Shown here: one piece after another, positions 1 through 14,149 of the stretch
Layout: each line of letters starts with the position of its first letter
Position numbering within the stretch: position 1 is the first letter of the stretch
NCBI RefSeq assembly: GCF_018977255.1
Contig: NW_024704742.1
Coordinates: 3,722,001-3,786,000, forward strand
Source: Callorhinchus milii
Taxonomy: Eukaryota
Reading direction: 5' to 3'
Length of the DNA: 64,000 nt
Notes under the pieces: generated by a model
What the model was told of the DNA's origin: nothing
The model's input: only the letters and a program-made list of their open reading frames with translations
The model's database searches: none
Made by a program: the position numbers and the translations under genes

Positions 1-1084
1 GGAAGGAACACAAAGTAATCGAGCCAAGTAATACACAGGGTAGTCACAAGGCAGCTAACATCCTTATCCTGCAGCCCAATTAACATTATATCCTCATTTC
101 CACCAAGCACTGCGTACTCAATGTACCAACGTTTCGTAACCAGCAATTGAATCCACGTGGGGATGTAAAGTGGAGCAGTTTAATCTGCTGGCAACAACAA
201 CAACAACAACAAAAAAGACTAAATTAAATTGAGCAGAATTGTACCAGGGCAAAATAGCTGCAATGTGAACCAACAACGACAACGACTTGAGTTCAAACAG
301 CGCCTTTCACGCACGGTAGCGTCCCAGAGCGCTTAGAGGAGACGAGGAAAGAAGTGGAGAAAAGAAAGGAGTTCTAGTCACCAATTCCTCAGCAACTCCA
401 GTAACCTTCCTCTTACATAAGCAAGGACCTCAGTTACATGACAAGGGTCATGAACTCTCACAACCAAATAAGTGAGCCAACATCTTAATAGCTCTACAGA
501 TACTGCTATTTCCAGTTTGGAAAGCAACAAATCAAGTGGGAAGCTATTAAATCTGTGGGTTTAAGAAAGTAATGCGGCAGGACCGGGGATTTCAATGTGT
601 CCAACAAAATATTTTGTCGTAAATATTGCCTCGTTTAAGAACATCCAGATGTGAGCCAGTCAAAGTGGGATTAAATACGTTAAATTCCACTATGTACCAT
701 TTAATAAACACTTGTCAGACGCAATGACTTGATGTCAAGGTCACAATTTCCCAAAGAGCAGAGATCGGACTGATATACTGGGAGTACAAGAGAGGTCAGA
801 TCGGTTCAAACTGTGGATAAGTTGATTTATAAAATCAAAGCAGATTACTGAATACAAAACCAGTAAGGTTCAAATAGAAGGCTCGGGGGCGGTGGTGGGG
901 CGGGGGTGTGGGTGGGGGGGGGGGGGGAGTTGTTTAAAATTATTAATTTTAAAACATTTTGCCAAGTGACAGCCGACATCCTGGGCAAATACAAGGGTAG
1001 GGGGGAAATCTAAAAATCTGATTTTGTAGTGCAAAATTGTAAATCAAGGAGAAATTGAGGATTTTTAAAAAAATATACAGATTT

Positions 1085-2063
1085 TTTTTGATGAAGTGAC
1101 AGAGACGGTGGATTGCAGTTGATGCAATTTATATGGATTTTCAAAAGGCATTTGATAAAGTGCCACATAAGAGACTTGTAAGCAAAATAGAAGCCCGGAG
1201 TATTAAAGGGACAGTGGCAGCAGAGACAGAACTGACTGGGAGACAGAAAGCAGAGAGTGGTGGTGAACGGTTCCTTTTCTGACTGGAGGGAAGTGTGCAG
1301 CGGTGTCCCCCAGGGGTCGGTAATGGGGCCACTGCTGTTTTTGAGCTATATAAATGACCTGGAATTGGGTATAGGGAGTACAATTTCCAAGTTTGCAGAT
1401 GACACAAAGCTCGGAAAAGTAGTAGGCAGTGAGGAGGATAGTAGAAGATGGCAAGAGGACATAGACAGACTGGTAAAATGGGCAGACACGTGGCAGATGA
1501 AGTTTAATGTGGATAAATGCGAAATGATGGATGCATTTTGGGAGGAAGAATGAGGAGAGGCAATATGAGCTCGATGGCAGAATCTTAAAAGTGGGTGAAG
1601 GAACAGAGAGACCTGGGGCTCATATAAGAAAATCTTTGAAAGGTGGCAGGACAGGTAGATAAAACTGTTAAAAAAAAAAGCAAACGGGTTACTTGGCTTT
1701 GCAAATAGGGTCATAGAATACAAAAGTCAGGAAGTTATGATGAACCTTTATAAAACACCGGTTAGACCTCAGCGAGAGACTGTTCAGTTCTGGGCTCCAC
1801 CCGAGGACACCGATTTAAAATAGTTGTTAAAAGAAACTGAGGTGAGGAGAATTTTTTTCATACTGCGAGTTGTTGGGATCTGGAATGCATTGCCTGAAAG
1901 GCTGGTGGAGCCAATTCAGTAACAGCTTTTAAGAGAGAAGTAGATGAATTATTATTTGGGGAGGATAAGTTTGTAGGGCTATGGGGAGAGCGCGGGGGGA
2001 GCGGGATTGATTTGCATAGCTCTTTTCTGGCCTCCTCCCGTGCTGTATAATTCTATGATTCTA
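1085..2063 (+). mobile_element. CR1-clade LINE, 5'-truncated and degenerate (RT domain to 3' end)
   Basis: Encodes DAIYMDFQKAFDKVPHKRL, SGVPQGSVMGPLLF, KFADDTKLG, WQMKFNVDKC and RVVGIWNALP, and ends in an ATTCTATGATTCTA tail. It has frameshifts and an internal deletion near 1800. Confidence 0.93.
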
Positions 2064-3365
2064 CTGTATCCATGCTGCCAAAATTAAACTGGTCTCACCT
2101 CGTTCAAAATGTAGTCCAACCCATGTTGAGTGGGGCTGTTAGCTTGGCTCAGTTTGTAGGACTCTCACCTCTGAATCATAAGGTGTTGCGTTCAAACTAC
2201 ACTTTAGGGTTGAGCTGATTTTTTAGGCTGACACGATAGCGTCAGATAAGATGCTTAGGCAAAGTTCCACCCACCCACCTGCCCTTCAACAACAACTTCT
2301 ATTTATATTGTGCCTTTCACACCGTAGACAATAAAGGTTCCAACGAGGAAAGATAAGGAAGTTTCTCCCTGTGTCCTTCTTATGGCCAGGACACCTCATG
2401 CCTATTTGCGGGACATTTAGGACGCACGGTGGACTCTATGCAAACGCAAGTTGCCGCCTCGAAAAAAAAGTCCTCGTACTCGATGGTCACGTTTTTGTCA
2501 TTTCAACATTAAGGTACTATAAAAACGCCCGTTCTTTCTTACCCAAGAATTAAAAAGACTGTTGGGTTTTTGCAATCTATTCGTTTCACGCTGAGAAATC
2601 AAACGCTAATTGGCAATTTGTGCCTGTCCACCAAACAGGCAAGTGGTAACAAACATCAGAATACAATTCAGCTTCCATAACCTCGAAAGCACTCCCGAGT
2701 TTTGAGTTTCCCCCAGTTATACTCCACATGGGATTAACAGTGTGCAGTTTACTTAGAAATCTTTCCCAAATGTGTCGTACAGATGCCATTGCAAACATGC
2801 TTAAAACCAAGACCACAGCATCAATCGTAATAATCCTTTATTTTAATCCAGTGCCTTTCAAGTCAGGACGATGTCTCTGAAAGTGCTTCACAAGATTTCC
2901 TGTCAAGTGCGATGATTGTGTGTTTTGTAGGTGAATGCTCTCATATCATATCCCTGGTTGTGTTCTGTGCCACAACTCCCAGCGGTGTTCCTGGAATTGT
3001 CAACCGTCTCATACTATACTTGGAGAATTACTGTCAGGTGCCCTATTCCAAGCTATTTTGTTGTTGAAATGCCCTGAAAACCAATAAAATTCAGGCATGG
3101 TTATATACTAAGTGCTTGCTGATCAGGCTAAGCAGGAGACAGGGATTCATAAAAAAACAGGAACAAGTTATCCAAAATAGTTTTTTCTCCAGAAAAAGTC
3201 AAGCACAGGACGTTGAACTGCACTAGACTGAGCAGAAGCTAAAGGCAGAATCATTGCCAAAGCCCGTGAAGGGTCGTGCCCCCTCTAACTGACCGGAGGA
3301 GGGTTTGGGTGAAGAACACCTGACAAAGAAACATACCCTACAAATAAATTGGACGAAGCATTTGT

Positions 3366-3770
3366 GGAGGCCTTGTAGCTCAGTGCTGAGAGCGCTCACC
3401 TCGCAAGCAAGAGGACACAGGTTCAATTCCCGGGCAGGACAAAACGTTGGGCAAGTTTTCGTACTCCACGCTCCTGTTTACCCAGCAGTAAGTAGGAAGC
3501 TGGTAGTTAGTCGATTGGTGGATCGCTTTTCTGGGGCTAATAATCCCTTCAAAAATAAATTAATAAATAACTAAATAAATAATCGTAATAATAATTTGGT
3601 CACTCAATCCACGACTGTTCTGTGGGACGCTGCTGTGAGCAATTGGCTGCTGGGCTTCTCCCACAAAATATACAGTCAATTCACTTTACAGTCTGTTCCG
3701 TGAAGCGCTTTGGGACGTCTCGAAGATGCGATAAGGCGCTATATCAAATGCAAGGATTATTATTATTATT
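3366..3770 (+). mobile_element. SINE family A (tRNA-Ala(CGC)-like head, CORE-like middle, L2-type tail), full length
   Basis: A box tagctcagtg, B box ggttcaattcc, ttgggcaagttt middle and an aaatgcaaggatt(att)n tail. Confidence 0.92.
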
Positions 3771-6739
3771 TAGCACTTTCATCATACCTCAACCCAAGAA
3801 ACCACTTGAGAGCTCATTCATTGGACAGTACTGATGAAAAGGAACACCACAGGCTATATACTTTGTACGCTGTCACTTTCTCAATGAAGGATGTCCGACC
3901 AAGATAAATATCACACTGAGAAAGTTATAGCAAAGCTTCTCCACATGAAATATTCTTCCTTAAGCACTTCCTTCATCTGTCAATCATCCCACAGGGTAGC
4001 GCTATGCAGAGAAGTTAAACTTTAGTAGACTATACTCTTGTTCAGAGAAGGCTGGCGAGGTGGAACCATTAATTCTGACGGCTTTCATTACCAGTCAAGC
4101 TCTTTTCGATCAGGCAAACATTCAAATATAGGAGGAAGATACCAGCACAATTTCCCCGTGTACAGTTTCAGATCCGCAAAGCAACAACAATTAGCTATAA
4201 TATATAGATATATATATATAGAACACATATATAGATATATATTTATATAGCGCCGTTCACGCCAGACACCATCTCGGAGCGCTTTAACCATGGGTCAGCC
4301 TGCACCTCATACATGTAAATATAGCAAAAGAAAATAAAGTCCTAATATGCTTTACATTGAACAGTGACACCTGAGAGCGCGGCACACACTTGGCCTTCAG
4401 ATTTATCATCCGCAAGTTCTGCGTTAAACCGAGTGCGTCCGTTAAGAGATGCCGTGACGCTATTCAAGAAGGGATGATCTGCCGGCCAGCACACCTGCAG
4501 ACCCTCCAGCCGCGTGCCTCGCGGCTCTGTGCGCTACGTTTGCTTCTAAGAACAGTTACTACACTTTACGGGAATTTACTTGCAAAAAAGCACATCGAGA
4601 TGATTTGAGGCCGAAAAGCTCTGTAAAAGTATTCCGTGTTTTCCTTGCGAACGCAATGCAGATGTCGCGGGGGGTCGGTGTATAACAAGGCACAGTGTAA
4701 CATTTCGACAGAAACTACACTGAAGAACTTTGACCGCACTAATCCGCCAGTCTATAAACAGTCTACCAGGAATGCAAACAGATACTGTACATGTTATGCA
4801 CAAGCGAAACAATACTTTATTCCCCTCCCCCAACCCACCCCGACTGATCAGTCCGAGCTTGTTCTGCATCGAATTTCTGAAAATGTCCCGCTGGAAGCAC
4901 AGAAGGAAACATCTACAGTCCACCCAAACTTACTCCCAAAATATGCCCGAAGGCTGCAGTGTACACACATACCACCAACCTGCATTACAACTGTGGCTTT
5001 CTGCCAGGAATTTCTCAGGCGGCAAGTTCTGGATGGGCAGGAAGGAGGGAGACTGGGAGAGGGGAAGCGAGGGGAGAGAGGGAAATAGTATTTAAGAATC
5101 TAATTGTTGGCGCGGACACGGCGAATGACGCAACTCTTTTTGCAACTGGTCAACCTTGATGATAATGGCAATAACCCTTGCATTCGATCTGGCGCCTGAT
5201 CGTGTCGTTGAGACGTCTCAAAGCGCTTCAAGGAATACACTGCAAAGTGAATCGACTGTCTATTTTGTGAGCAGAACACGGCACACTTTTGTTTATTGGG
5301 TTAAGTCTGGGCCAGTCATTCAGAAGATAGTAAACTAAAGCAGCTTTAGTAACATTTGTATTCCACAGAAATAGGGGCATTTGATGCAGCACCTACGATG
5401 TTGGAATGTTTCAAAGCTCATCACAAATTAATGGCACAAATCAAGTGTAGTGAATGCGATTTAATAATAATCCTTACATTTGGCACAGTGGCCTTTACAT
5501 TGTGAGGATGTTTCAGTGCTGTTCACAGGATTTGTTGTAAAGGGCAGTTACCGTATGCACTGTGGGCAAAGCACGTTAGCCAATTTTGCGCACAGCAATG
5601 TCGCACAAGCAGCCAGAAAACAAATGAATTTATCTGGAGCACTGACAGAGAGGACACCAGGAGAAACTCGTCTTTTGAATAGTTTCGTGGGACCTGTAAA
5701 GTCGACCCAACAGGCAGATGGGATCTCCTGTCTAAAGCTTATCCAAAGGATGGCACCTCCAACAATGCCACTATCCCCCCCAGTACAAAACAACAAAATC
5801 CTTCTAAGTAACCTTTCGTTCAGTAGGGTAGCTGAAAAGAAACTTCGAGATGGAGATGGCAATTTCCTCGGAGGACTGATATTTAGAGAAGCATCTTGTT
5901 GGATTGAACTCCACGTGTCGAGCAGTCGTTCAGCTTAATCACACATTCTTTGTTGCGATTTTGAATGGTGAAACAAACACGATTAGGGACGCACTACACG
6001 CGCACACGGTGGAAGCGCACGTGGAGAAAGGAGCCAACGGTATTTCAAACGTTAGCAAAAGAGGGTAGACAGAATTTGCCAAGAGCCGCACGATACGTAA
6101 ATGTTAATCATGAAAAGAAACGACAAAACTTTACATCCAAGATTAATACTATTAGATAGCAGGTCATGTGCTTGCATACAGCAAGTTCAAGACTTGACAA
6201 GACACCAAGAGCTGCAGACAGCTATGGAATCCGAGTTCAAGCTGAAGAGCCACTGAAAGCCTCAATTTTGATGCAACAAACAAGCCTCGAAACATTCTTG
6301 ACATAACTATCGCTGGAGTGGGGCCTCATATGGCTGGCTTCACGGTGCAGAGAGTTCTCATCACATACAACTGCCAGAGCGAGAATTTTAAACAGGATTG
6401 AAAAGGCCGATTATAAATACTTTGAACCACATGGAAACGTACATATAAACATCCCACACACAGGCACTCGAAAGATTTTTTTTTTTTTTTTTAAAAATAA
6501 GCCTCACATTTTTCTTTAAGGATTAAGCTACTTATCACCTTGACTCGCTCCTGACTAACTTTGCCGCACATATTGGCCGTTGGAATGCAGCTGCAACATT
6601 TCAAAACAGAATTCTGTTCAACGCTCGTTAAACGGGAAACTATTGCTTGGCTCTTCTAATAAGGTACATTAACAAACGAGGCAAAACGGTGCGCAGTCTA
6701 ATAGCCACCCTTGTGTGCTGTAAAATTTCCGGCTTCCTA

Positions 6740-7172
6740 TAATTCTTATTACGTTTGATAATGCGCTTTATCACATCACCGAAATGCCTCAAAGCCCTTT
6801 ACAGGATTTATATTGTAAAGTGGAGTGACTGCTCAGTTTTAAGCGGCAACCAATTTTTGCACAAAGCCAAGCCCCACAAACGGCCATGGAGTGAATGACC
6901 AATTTTATTTGGAGGATTGTTGGCCAGGATACCAGGAATAACTCTTTTCTGTTTTTTTAATATATTTTTGAACAGTGCCATGGGGAGCTTTAACCTCCAC
7001 CTGGACAGGCAGATGGGACCTTAGTTTAATATGTCACCTGATGGACGACACCTCATACAATGCAGCGCTCCCCCAACACTGCACTGGAGCTCCAAGTCAC
7101 GATGTGGGAATTCGAACACACAACCTTCCAATTCACAAGGTGAGAGTGCAACCAACTGAGGTCGGCTGACAC
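6740..7172 (-). mobile_element. SINE family B (tRNA head + Deu-like domain + L2-type tail)
   Basis: The reverse complement contains ...aaactaaggtcccatctgcctgtccaggtggaggttaaagctccccatggcactgttc...ggtatcctggccaac, the Deu-domain pattern of AmnSINE1/SINE3-type elements. Confidence 0.8.
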
Positions 7173-7837
7173 CTGATACAGTGTACTTGAAAGCAAGATG
7201 CCAACTAGATTATTCGGAAATGCTAAGAACGAGATCGATTTAGAAATAGTGAATCTGTTCTAAGTAAATAGAGGTTGGATTATCTTTAAAAGTTTTTTCC
7301 TCTTTGTTCTTCCTCACCAGACATTTGACTCTTCTATCCTTCTGGGACATAGCTCATTGGGCTCTGGTGACCTCGGATACCATGCTATCTATATTTGGGT
7401 GGGCTATTTAGTCATGGAAAGGGAATACATGCCTTACACAACCTGAATTCATGGCCCTCATCACTGGTAGTTATTTGGGGGTTGGGGGCGGGGGGAGAAG
7501 AAAGGAGAAAGACTTGTTGATAGGCATCTGGAACTGGTTCCCTGTAAAGTGCGCCGAGACATTATTCTACGTGAAGGGCCCTATACCGTACAAAAGTTAT
7601 TCTTGTCACCGTCAACAACAGCAACATGGGCAGAAGAAATCTTAAATCTCTAGTTCGAGGTATTTTCCGGCTGACGCACCAGTAAACTTACCTATTATCC
7701 CAATCACCCCCACTGTGTCTTAACAATTTTATGATGCGCTCTTTAAATGCACTTCAAGGTGTCTTACAAATGGAGAACGAAAACCATGTAAAGAGAGCAA
7801 ACCCCAGTTTTATCTGCTACCAGCCAATATTTGCGTT

Positions 7838-8216
7838 GGAGTCCTGCAGCTCAGTGGTTAGAGCACTCGCCTCGCAAGCGAGAGGACCTGGGTTCAATTC
7901 TTGGACAAGGTGAAACGTTGGGCTCGTTTCCTTACCCCACACGCTTTTGGTTACCAAGCAGTAAGTAGGAACCCGGTTGTTAGTCGACTGGCGGATTTCT
8001 TTTCCGGGAGTAATAATCCCTTCAAAAAACATTAAAACAAATAATAATAATAATAATTTGGTCACTCAAGTCACGACCGATTGTGGGACAATCCTGGGCA
8101 CAATTGGCTGCCGCGTTTCACCCACAAAATATTCAGTCAATTCACGACACAGTATATTCTGTGAAGCGCTTTGAGATGTCCTGGAGGACATGAAATTCAG
8201 AAGGATAATTATTATT
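7838..8216 (+). mobile_element. SINE family A, full length
   Basis: Same head, middle and tail as 3366-3770. Confidence 0.9.
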
Positions 8217-9039
8217 GTGTTACCAAACCCCACAGAACAGTAGTAGAGACCAGGCAGTGTGGGTCACTGTGCTCCCATTTGTTTCCGCCCCCCCCCCCCC
8301 CCCCCCACCCCCTTTCCGCTTCTGTTATTATTTTTGGGGGAGGGGTTCAATTACAAAAAAATGTATGAGTAAAACTTATGAAGTTATGTGCGGAGCATCA
8401 TTGCATTGTTTTGCTCTGATGCTGCCCCTCTTAATCACAGTAAGCATTCCCCTTACTTGGGGATCCAACTCTAATACCTCAGGCGAGTTTGGCTACTTTC
8501 CATTTGTGGTTGCCAGCAAAGACGTTTTGGCCGCCACAAAATAAAAGCAGCATTAGTCTCCTGGTAATCCACGATCAGAGAAATCAATTCCCCCTCCCCA
8601 CCCACCCACACCCCTGAGACCACCATAACATTCCCAAGATCGGTTGGAGGGACTTTGCTAGTTATGTTTTACTCTCACGTGGTCAGTTTCTGGCCCGCTA
8701 TGTAAGGCTTCCTTTGTGTTACGCCAGACGAGTGAACGCAGACAATTTCAAAACAAGATTGGAGAGAGCGAGAGAGCCTGGGTTTCAGGCTAAGTGACTG
8801 AATGTGTTGCCAATGTCTATTTATGGATATCTCAATGCACACCAGCTGCTCAACGGGGCTTGGTATCACAGCCATACTTACACAAACGCACATCTGAGAG
8901 TTCAGACATCTTGATGTACAGGCAAATTGGTTGTTCCTGTGACTCATCAACACACCTCTACACCCTCCTCACAGGGCAGTGAACTACAGCTCCTCGGTTT
9001 TGTTCTTGTGCGCTAATACAGTCCGGTGTTTATAATCTA

Positions 9040-9260
9040 CGCCAATCTCCACCCATTCCTTACTCCCTCGCAGACGCTTCTATTCCCTTCTCCCTCATGT
9101 GTGTATGTATCTAGCTTCCTCTTAAATGTGTCCATATGATCTACTTCAAACGTGGCTTCATGCAGCGAGTTCCACATTCTCACTATCCTCTGCTTCAAGC
9201 AGTTCCTCGTACAATCCCGCACAGATTCCCCCAGTCGCCATCTCATACTTGTGCTCACTG
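9040..9260 (-). mobile_element. CR1 LINE 3' fragment
   Basis: RIVRMWNSL...DTFKRKLDTY matches the CR1 ORF2 C-terminus. Confidence 0.75.
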
Positions 9261-11665
9261 TTATGGACTCTGGAACATGTGGGAATAGCTCCTTTATGCG
9301 TTAGAAACCTGATCTGTGAATCCTCTCGTTGTAGGTTCGTCACATACCTTCACAGTATTCAGAAAAACCTGAACCGGCAATAAGGCAAAAAGCTCGATCA
9401 TCTTTGTTTAAGAAATTAAACAGGTCCTGCATTATAGCTGTATTATCCTCGAGATCTGCCTCTAAGCAACATTAATTTTACTGCCAGTGAACTTATTCAG
9501 CAGAGAGAGGAACGTTTATGTTTTTTTATATACTGTTTTTAAGACTGCAGCTTTATCTTGGCTGACTGTTTTATTAGCACACAGATTGCCAATCGGGATG
9601 AGTGAAGGTAGCAGGTAGCTTCCCCCTCGTCAGAAGGAGAACGTTTCAGCTGGTCGCAAGGACAAATATCTTTGCAGCTACGTTTCTGAATGGGGAAAAG
9701 GGTGACAGGCGAGGCTTCGCGAACTCGCACGATACTCAGATGCTCGGGAGACAAGCCATCCGAAAGATCAAAGGAAATGCATCGGTGAGGAAGGAAAATA
9801 GGGAGATTGTGACAAATGGCTTGTTCCAAACACAAAGTCATTCACAGCTATAAAAGCCTGCTCCACTGCAGATCGAAAATAGTTCTCAACTGCTTTTTAG
9901 CAGGAGTCTTACCACAAATGAAATCGGAGCCACGGTGTGTCTCTCCTCCTGCCTCAACACAGATCACATTCACGGCCAGCAATCGAGCCCCATTAAAAAG
10001 TCATAACAGGATATTTGTCGAGGCATTTACTGCACTAATTATCACTAAACCCTCGGTTTATTCACATCTTTAAAAATAGACACGTGCAAATGTTCCTGTG
10101 CAACTCAACCGGTCATTATGAACCGACAACTGACATCATTCGGTGACTGAAAACAACTGGATTGAAGCTATCGACGTTACTTTCATCCGTGTGGTGGGGG
10201 TGGTTGGTGAAATATCCTTTGCAGGTACCATTGAGATTATATTGGGGACAGAGGTGGTGGTGGGGAAAGGAGAGAGAGAGATAAGAGAGAGAGGGAATTC
10301 CTTTGCTTCACAATGGCTAAAAACATAACTATCACAAAGCAAATCACTCCAAAGGTGAGAACAAGACCTGTTGAGGGTGTTCGTTGGACCGAGGTAAGCA
10401 AGCGAGGCAAGAGAGCGAGCGAGGCAAGAGAGCAGCACCATCTGCAAAGCAGCTGAATAGTTCACTCAGAAAGCCTCTTCCCTCGAGTTTCCCTCGTTCC
10501 CAGAGAAGGAGGTTTGGGAGCAGGCTGTCGTAGGTCTGAAGCTCCCTTTTTTTGTGTTTGCTTCCACAGGAAATTTCAGGCGTTCAAGAAACGCCTGCAA
10601 GAAAGCATTCAGCTTTGTAAACGATAAAGCACAGTATCTAAATGTGCTTGGATCGCACTTCGTTACAGGAAAACCGGACGACTTGAAGACGCTGCGCATT
10701 GTTTCTCTGAACGTGAGGGTAAACGCAAGTTTAAAAGAATCCCTGAAGTCTTTTTTTTTAAATTGGCCTGCTGCTTCCAGGGGCTGATAGGAGAATGTTG
10801 GAATCAGCACTGGAGAGTTACGAGTCACTAGACTCAAACAAGTCCTGACAAAATAAGTACTCCAGGCAATAAATTCAATGCAATGGAAGATTTAACACAC
10901 ACATCTGGCCCGAGCCCTGCACAGAATTTGTACTGTGAGGCCGGGCGAACCTGCAAAGCACAGGCTGCCAACACATGGTCTCAAAGCACAGCGAGGGAAA
11001 AATCAGCAAACACTGTGCTGCTAGCAAGCTGCAAGGTTCGCAGATTACAATCTTCATAGATTGGCTGCGACCGACGCAACCCTGTGATAATGACACTGCC
11101 AAGATTTTTTTTTGGGGTGGGGGGGGGCAGGGGAGCGGGGGTTTCTATAGAAAAAAAAAGGGCCAAATCGTCCCAGCGTGAAGCCAAATGAAATGTTCAG
11201 GGGATTTTAACGTTTGTCATAACGCAGAAAATTGACTTGTCAACAAATTGACTTCTTCTACCTCAATTTAAAGTCAATCTTGGTTCCCAACAAAGATTAG
11301 TGATGAATGGCGGTTTAGTTCGCAAGCAGTCCGATAAAATCGTATCAACCCCTCCCCACCCCCAAATAAAGAAAGGTCTGTCCTGGTTGAAGTCCGATGA
11401 GGCAGTACGTTAAATTGAGCAATGGTTAATGCAACACTTACAATCGCAGCAATTTAACATCACTAAAGACCTTTGATGGAGATTATTGACCTGGATGGCA
11501 ATCTGTATTGGATACATCTATTCAAGATATCAGACCTTCAAGTCTCTTTCGCTGGGGATGGGCAGTGGGGGGGGAAAGAGTGTTAAGATGCAGGGGACAT
11601 GACACTTTGGGAACAGTGCTATCTGCTGCTATCCTTTTAGTGCATCCAGTGCCAAATGAATCTCT

Positions 11666-11990
11666 AAGAACATAAGAATTTGCTGGCGATAGAAGACCAA
11701 GGTCCATCCATCTAGTTCACCTCTCACAATCCTGGCAGTCACTTGACATGTCGTGTCCCAAACTATTTACTGTATCCTCAGATATTACTTTCTTGCAGAA
11801 ATCTATCTAATTTTTTCTTGAAGCATTGTCTGCTTCCACTGTCTCCCTCGGGAGCCTGTTCCATAAGTTTATTACTCGCTCACTGAAGCAGTGCTTCCGC
11901 AGATTTGTTCTGAACTTATCCCCCTTCAATCACAGGCCGTCGTGTCTGGTTCCTCTGTTCAGTGCCGGATAAAACAGCTTATCATGGACT
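11666..11990 (-). mobile_element. CR1 LINE 3' end fragment
   Basis: aagaacataagaa is the reverse complement of a TTCTTATGTTCTT terminal repeat. A degenerate ORF2 end (RVINLWNRL) follows. Confidence 0.65.
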
Positions 11991-12959
11991 ATGACAGTCC
12001 GTCAGTTAGAAAGCGCGGGGTGGGTGGGTGGATGGGACTGAGCCTGAAGTAATTTGTGTTCAATCCACCGACACATCAGTCAATATTCACTGCTCTTGGA
12101 AAAAAATCAAGTGATTGAATGTTGCCATCACTGCGAGAGAGGGTTTCGTTACTACTTTCAAAGTTAAATATTTGGCAAATTCGTAGAGGTTTACAATGTG
12201 CAGCATCACAGCATAATATTGTTATAACATTATACTGGGGTTACATTTTCTGGGTAGCGGATTTCAGATTACTTGCTCCGCGGTTGTATCGTATTAGTTT
12301 CTGTTCGTTCGCACTTAAAACAAATACCCGATCAAGTATCACCACCGGAATAGGAAAACACAAAAGTACGTCATCCGTCCGGAAGAAGTCACTATCTTTC
12401 CTCCAAAAAAAAAAACCCCACTCGTTCCATTTGCGTACTTCGCACGCACTCGTGGCTTCAATATTTGTCAACAGCTCTGCAAGTGGGTTTAGAGCAGGGC
12501 ATTATCTCGTGTTACCAGCCGGTGGGCAGGTCAGCAAGTGTTTCCATTAATAACCTGCAAGAATACCAGCACAGGGTCCCTGCAAAGGTCACTGGCAATC
12601 ACTCCTCATGACCGCCAAGCAAGCTTTCAAAAATCCACGCTTCCGACACTTTAAAGGAAACTTTTGATTTTATTTAAAAATTGCGTGGTACGCACATCCC
12701 TTTGGAAAGTATAATAAAGTGTCCTTCTCGAATACTGAACGCAATCTGCTCGCAGGCCTGAGTCAGTGCCAGCTCTGCCCTCGCTGGCAGGAGGCATGCA
12801 AGGTCACCCCAGAGTCTACGTTTCTTTGCAAATAACTTGTGGATTTTTTTTTTGTGTGCTGTGAAAGCAGATTCTCTCACCAGCGGGGAGACTTGTACAA
12901 TTCAGTCTATGTCGGCCTTCCTCAGTGGTACCGCCCCCCCCCCCCCCCCTGCGCCACTT

Positions 12960-13370
12960 TGGGAGTCAGAAGGTTGTGGGTTCAAGCTTGGAACTCATAA
13001 TAGTTTATGCTGAAACTCCAATGCAGTGCTGGGGGTGGTACTGCATTGTCGGAGGTGACGTCCTTCAGAGGAGATGTTAAACTGTTCAGATGAACATTAA
13101 AGATCTCATGGCACGAAGGGGAACCGCTGAGGAAGGCCGACATAGACTGAATTGTACAAGCCTCCCCGCTGGTGAGAGAAGGGGTTTCCCCCGGTGTCCC
13201 TCGCTAACAATCCCCTCAATAAAATTGTTTATTCGCTTCACGGCTGGTTGTGGCACATTGCAGCGTGCAACTTTGCTGCCGTGTTTGCCCGCAGGACACA
13301 CCCTCGCTGCACTTTACAGCGTATCCTGTGAAGTGCTTTGAAACGTCCTCCCAACGTGAAAGGTGCCATA
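12960..13370 (+). mobile_element. SINE family B (Deu-like)
   Basis: gagtcagaaggttgtgggttcaag head, gcattgtcggaggtg, aaagatctcatggcac and the shared tail. Confidence 0.78.
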
Positions 13371-14149
13371 CAACTCTAAATTTGGATTGGATTTCACTGA
13401 ATCCGATCAGTTATGGTACGAAAACGGAGGACCTTAGGCAGATATCGTGCGCTCGTCTCTGCTGGCGACAATCGCAGCATGAAAAGCAAGCCCTGCAGAA
13501 GGGGAAGCCAGGAGAGATAAATGTCATCTTTAATTAAATTCCATTCAGTGGGTCATTGGACTTTAGAATACAGCAAGAACAGACACTGTATTCCCTCCTG
13601 GATACTGAACGCTCATCAAGTTGTCAACAGGCATGTTTTATTCCCATCAGAAAGCAGCCTCTTTACTTCCGATCCCAAAAAAAAGTACAAAGAAAATACC
13701 AAAAAACACCTCCGGGCTGCGAACAGTCTGAGACATCGATCCAACCACCCTAACAAAGTGCATGCTGTACCCTTTAACACTTCCGCAGCGGTAACACTGG
13801 CTAACTTGACCGAACTGATCACCTCTCACCGTCGCACACAGCCTGCGATGGTGGTGCGAGGCTGCAAGTCGGCAGGAGTGTGCGACACAACTTAGCAGCC
13901 ACTTGTATCCGAACTGTGAGCCAAGACGAGAGATTTGTGGGGGTGTGTGGTGTGGAAGGAGTTTTATTAGGGTCTAGTTCTGCAGTTAAACTCTCGCCTT
14001 TGCCTCTTTCCCCCGCTCGCCGGGAATGTCATTGCACTGAAATGTGGATGTGATTGACGGCACACGCTCAGCGCGGAGGAACACAAAGGATGGGCTACAT
14101 GGAGCACTCAAGGGGAAACTGTCGAGACAGATTGCGAGCAGATGCTTAC

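Noticed and set aside
1257..1553. RT ORF as an active or domesticated reverse transcriptase
   Set aside because: A short piece of a truncated, frameshifted CR1 copy.
3366..3440. tRNA-Ala-like sequences here and at all SINE A heads
   Set aside because: No closing acceptor stem; always followed by SINE body and tail, so these are SINE heads rather than tRNA genes.
4636..5938. 150-aa ORFs at 4636-5088 and 5480-5938
   Set aside because: No recognisable protein features; the second overlaps a degraded SINE B. Lengths are compatible with chance.
1..14149. Further PDLIM5 coding exons (post-PDZ linker, LIM domains)
   Set aside because: No recognisable downstream exon was found; the gene presumably continues beyond position 1. 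Very small exons could have been missed.
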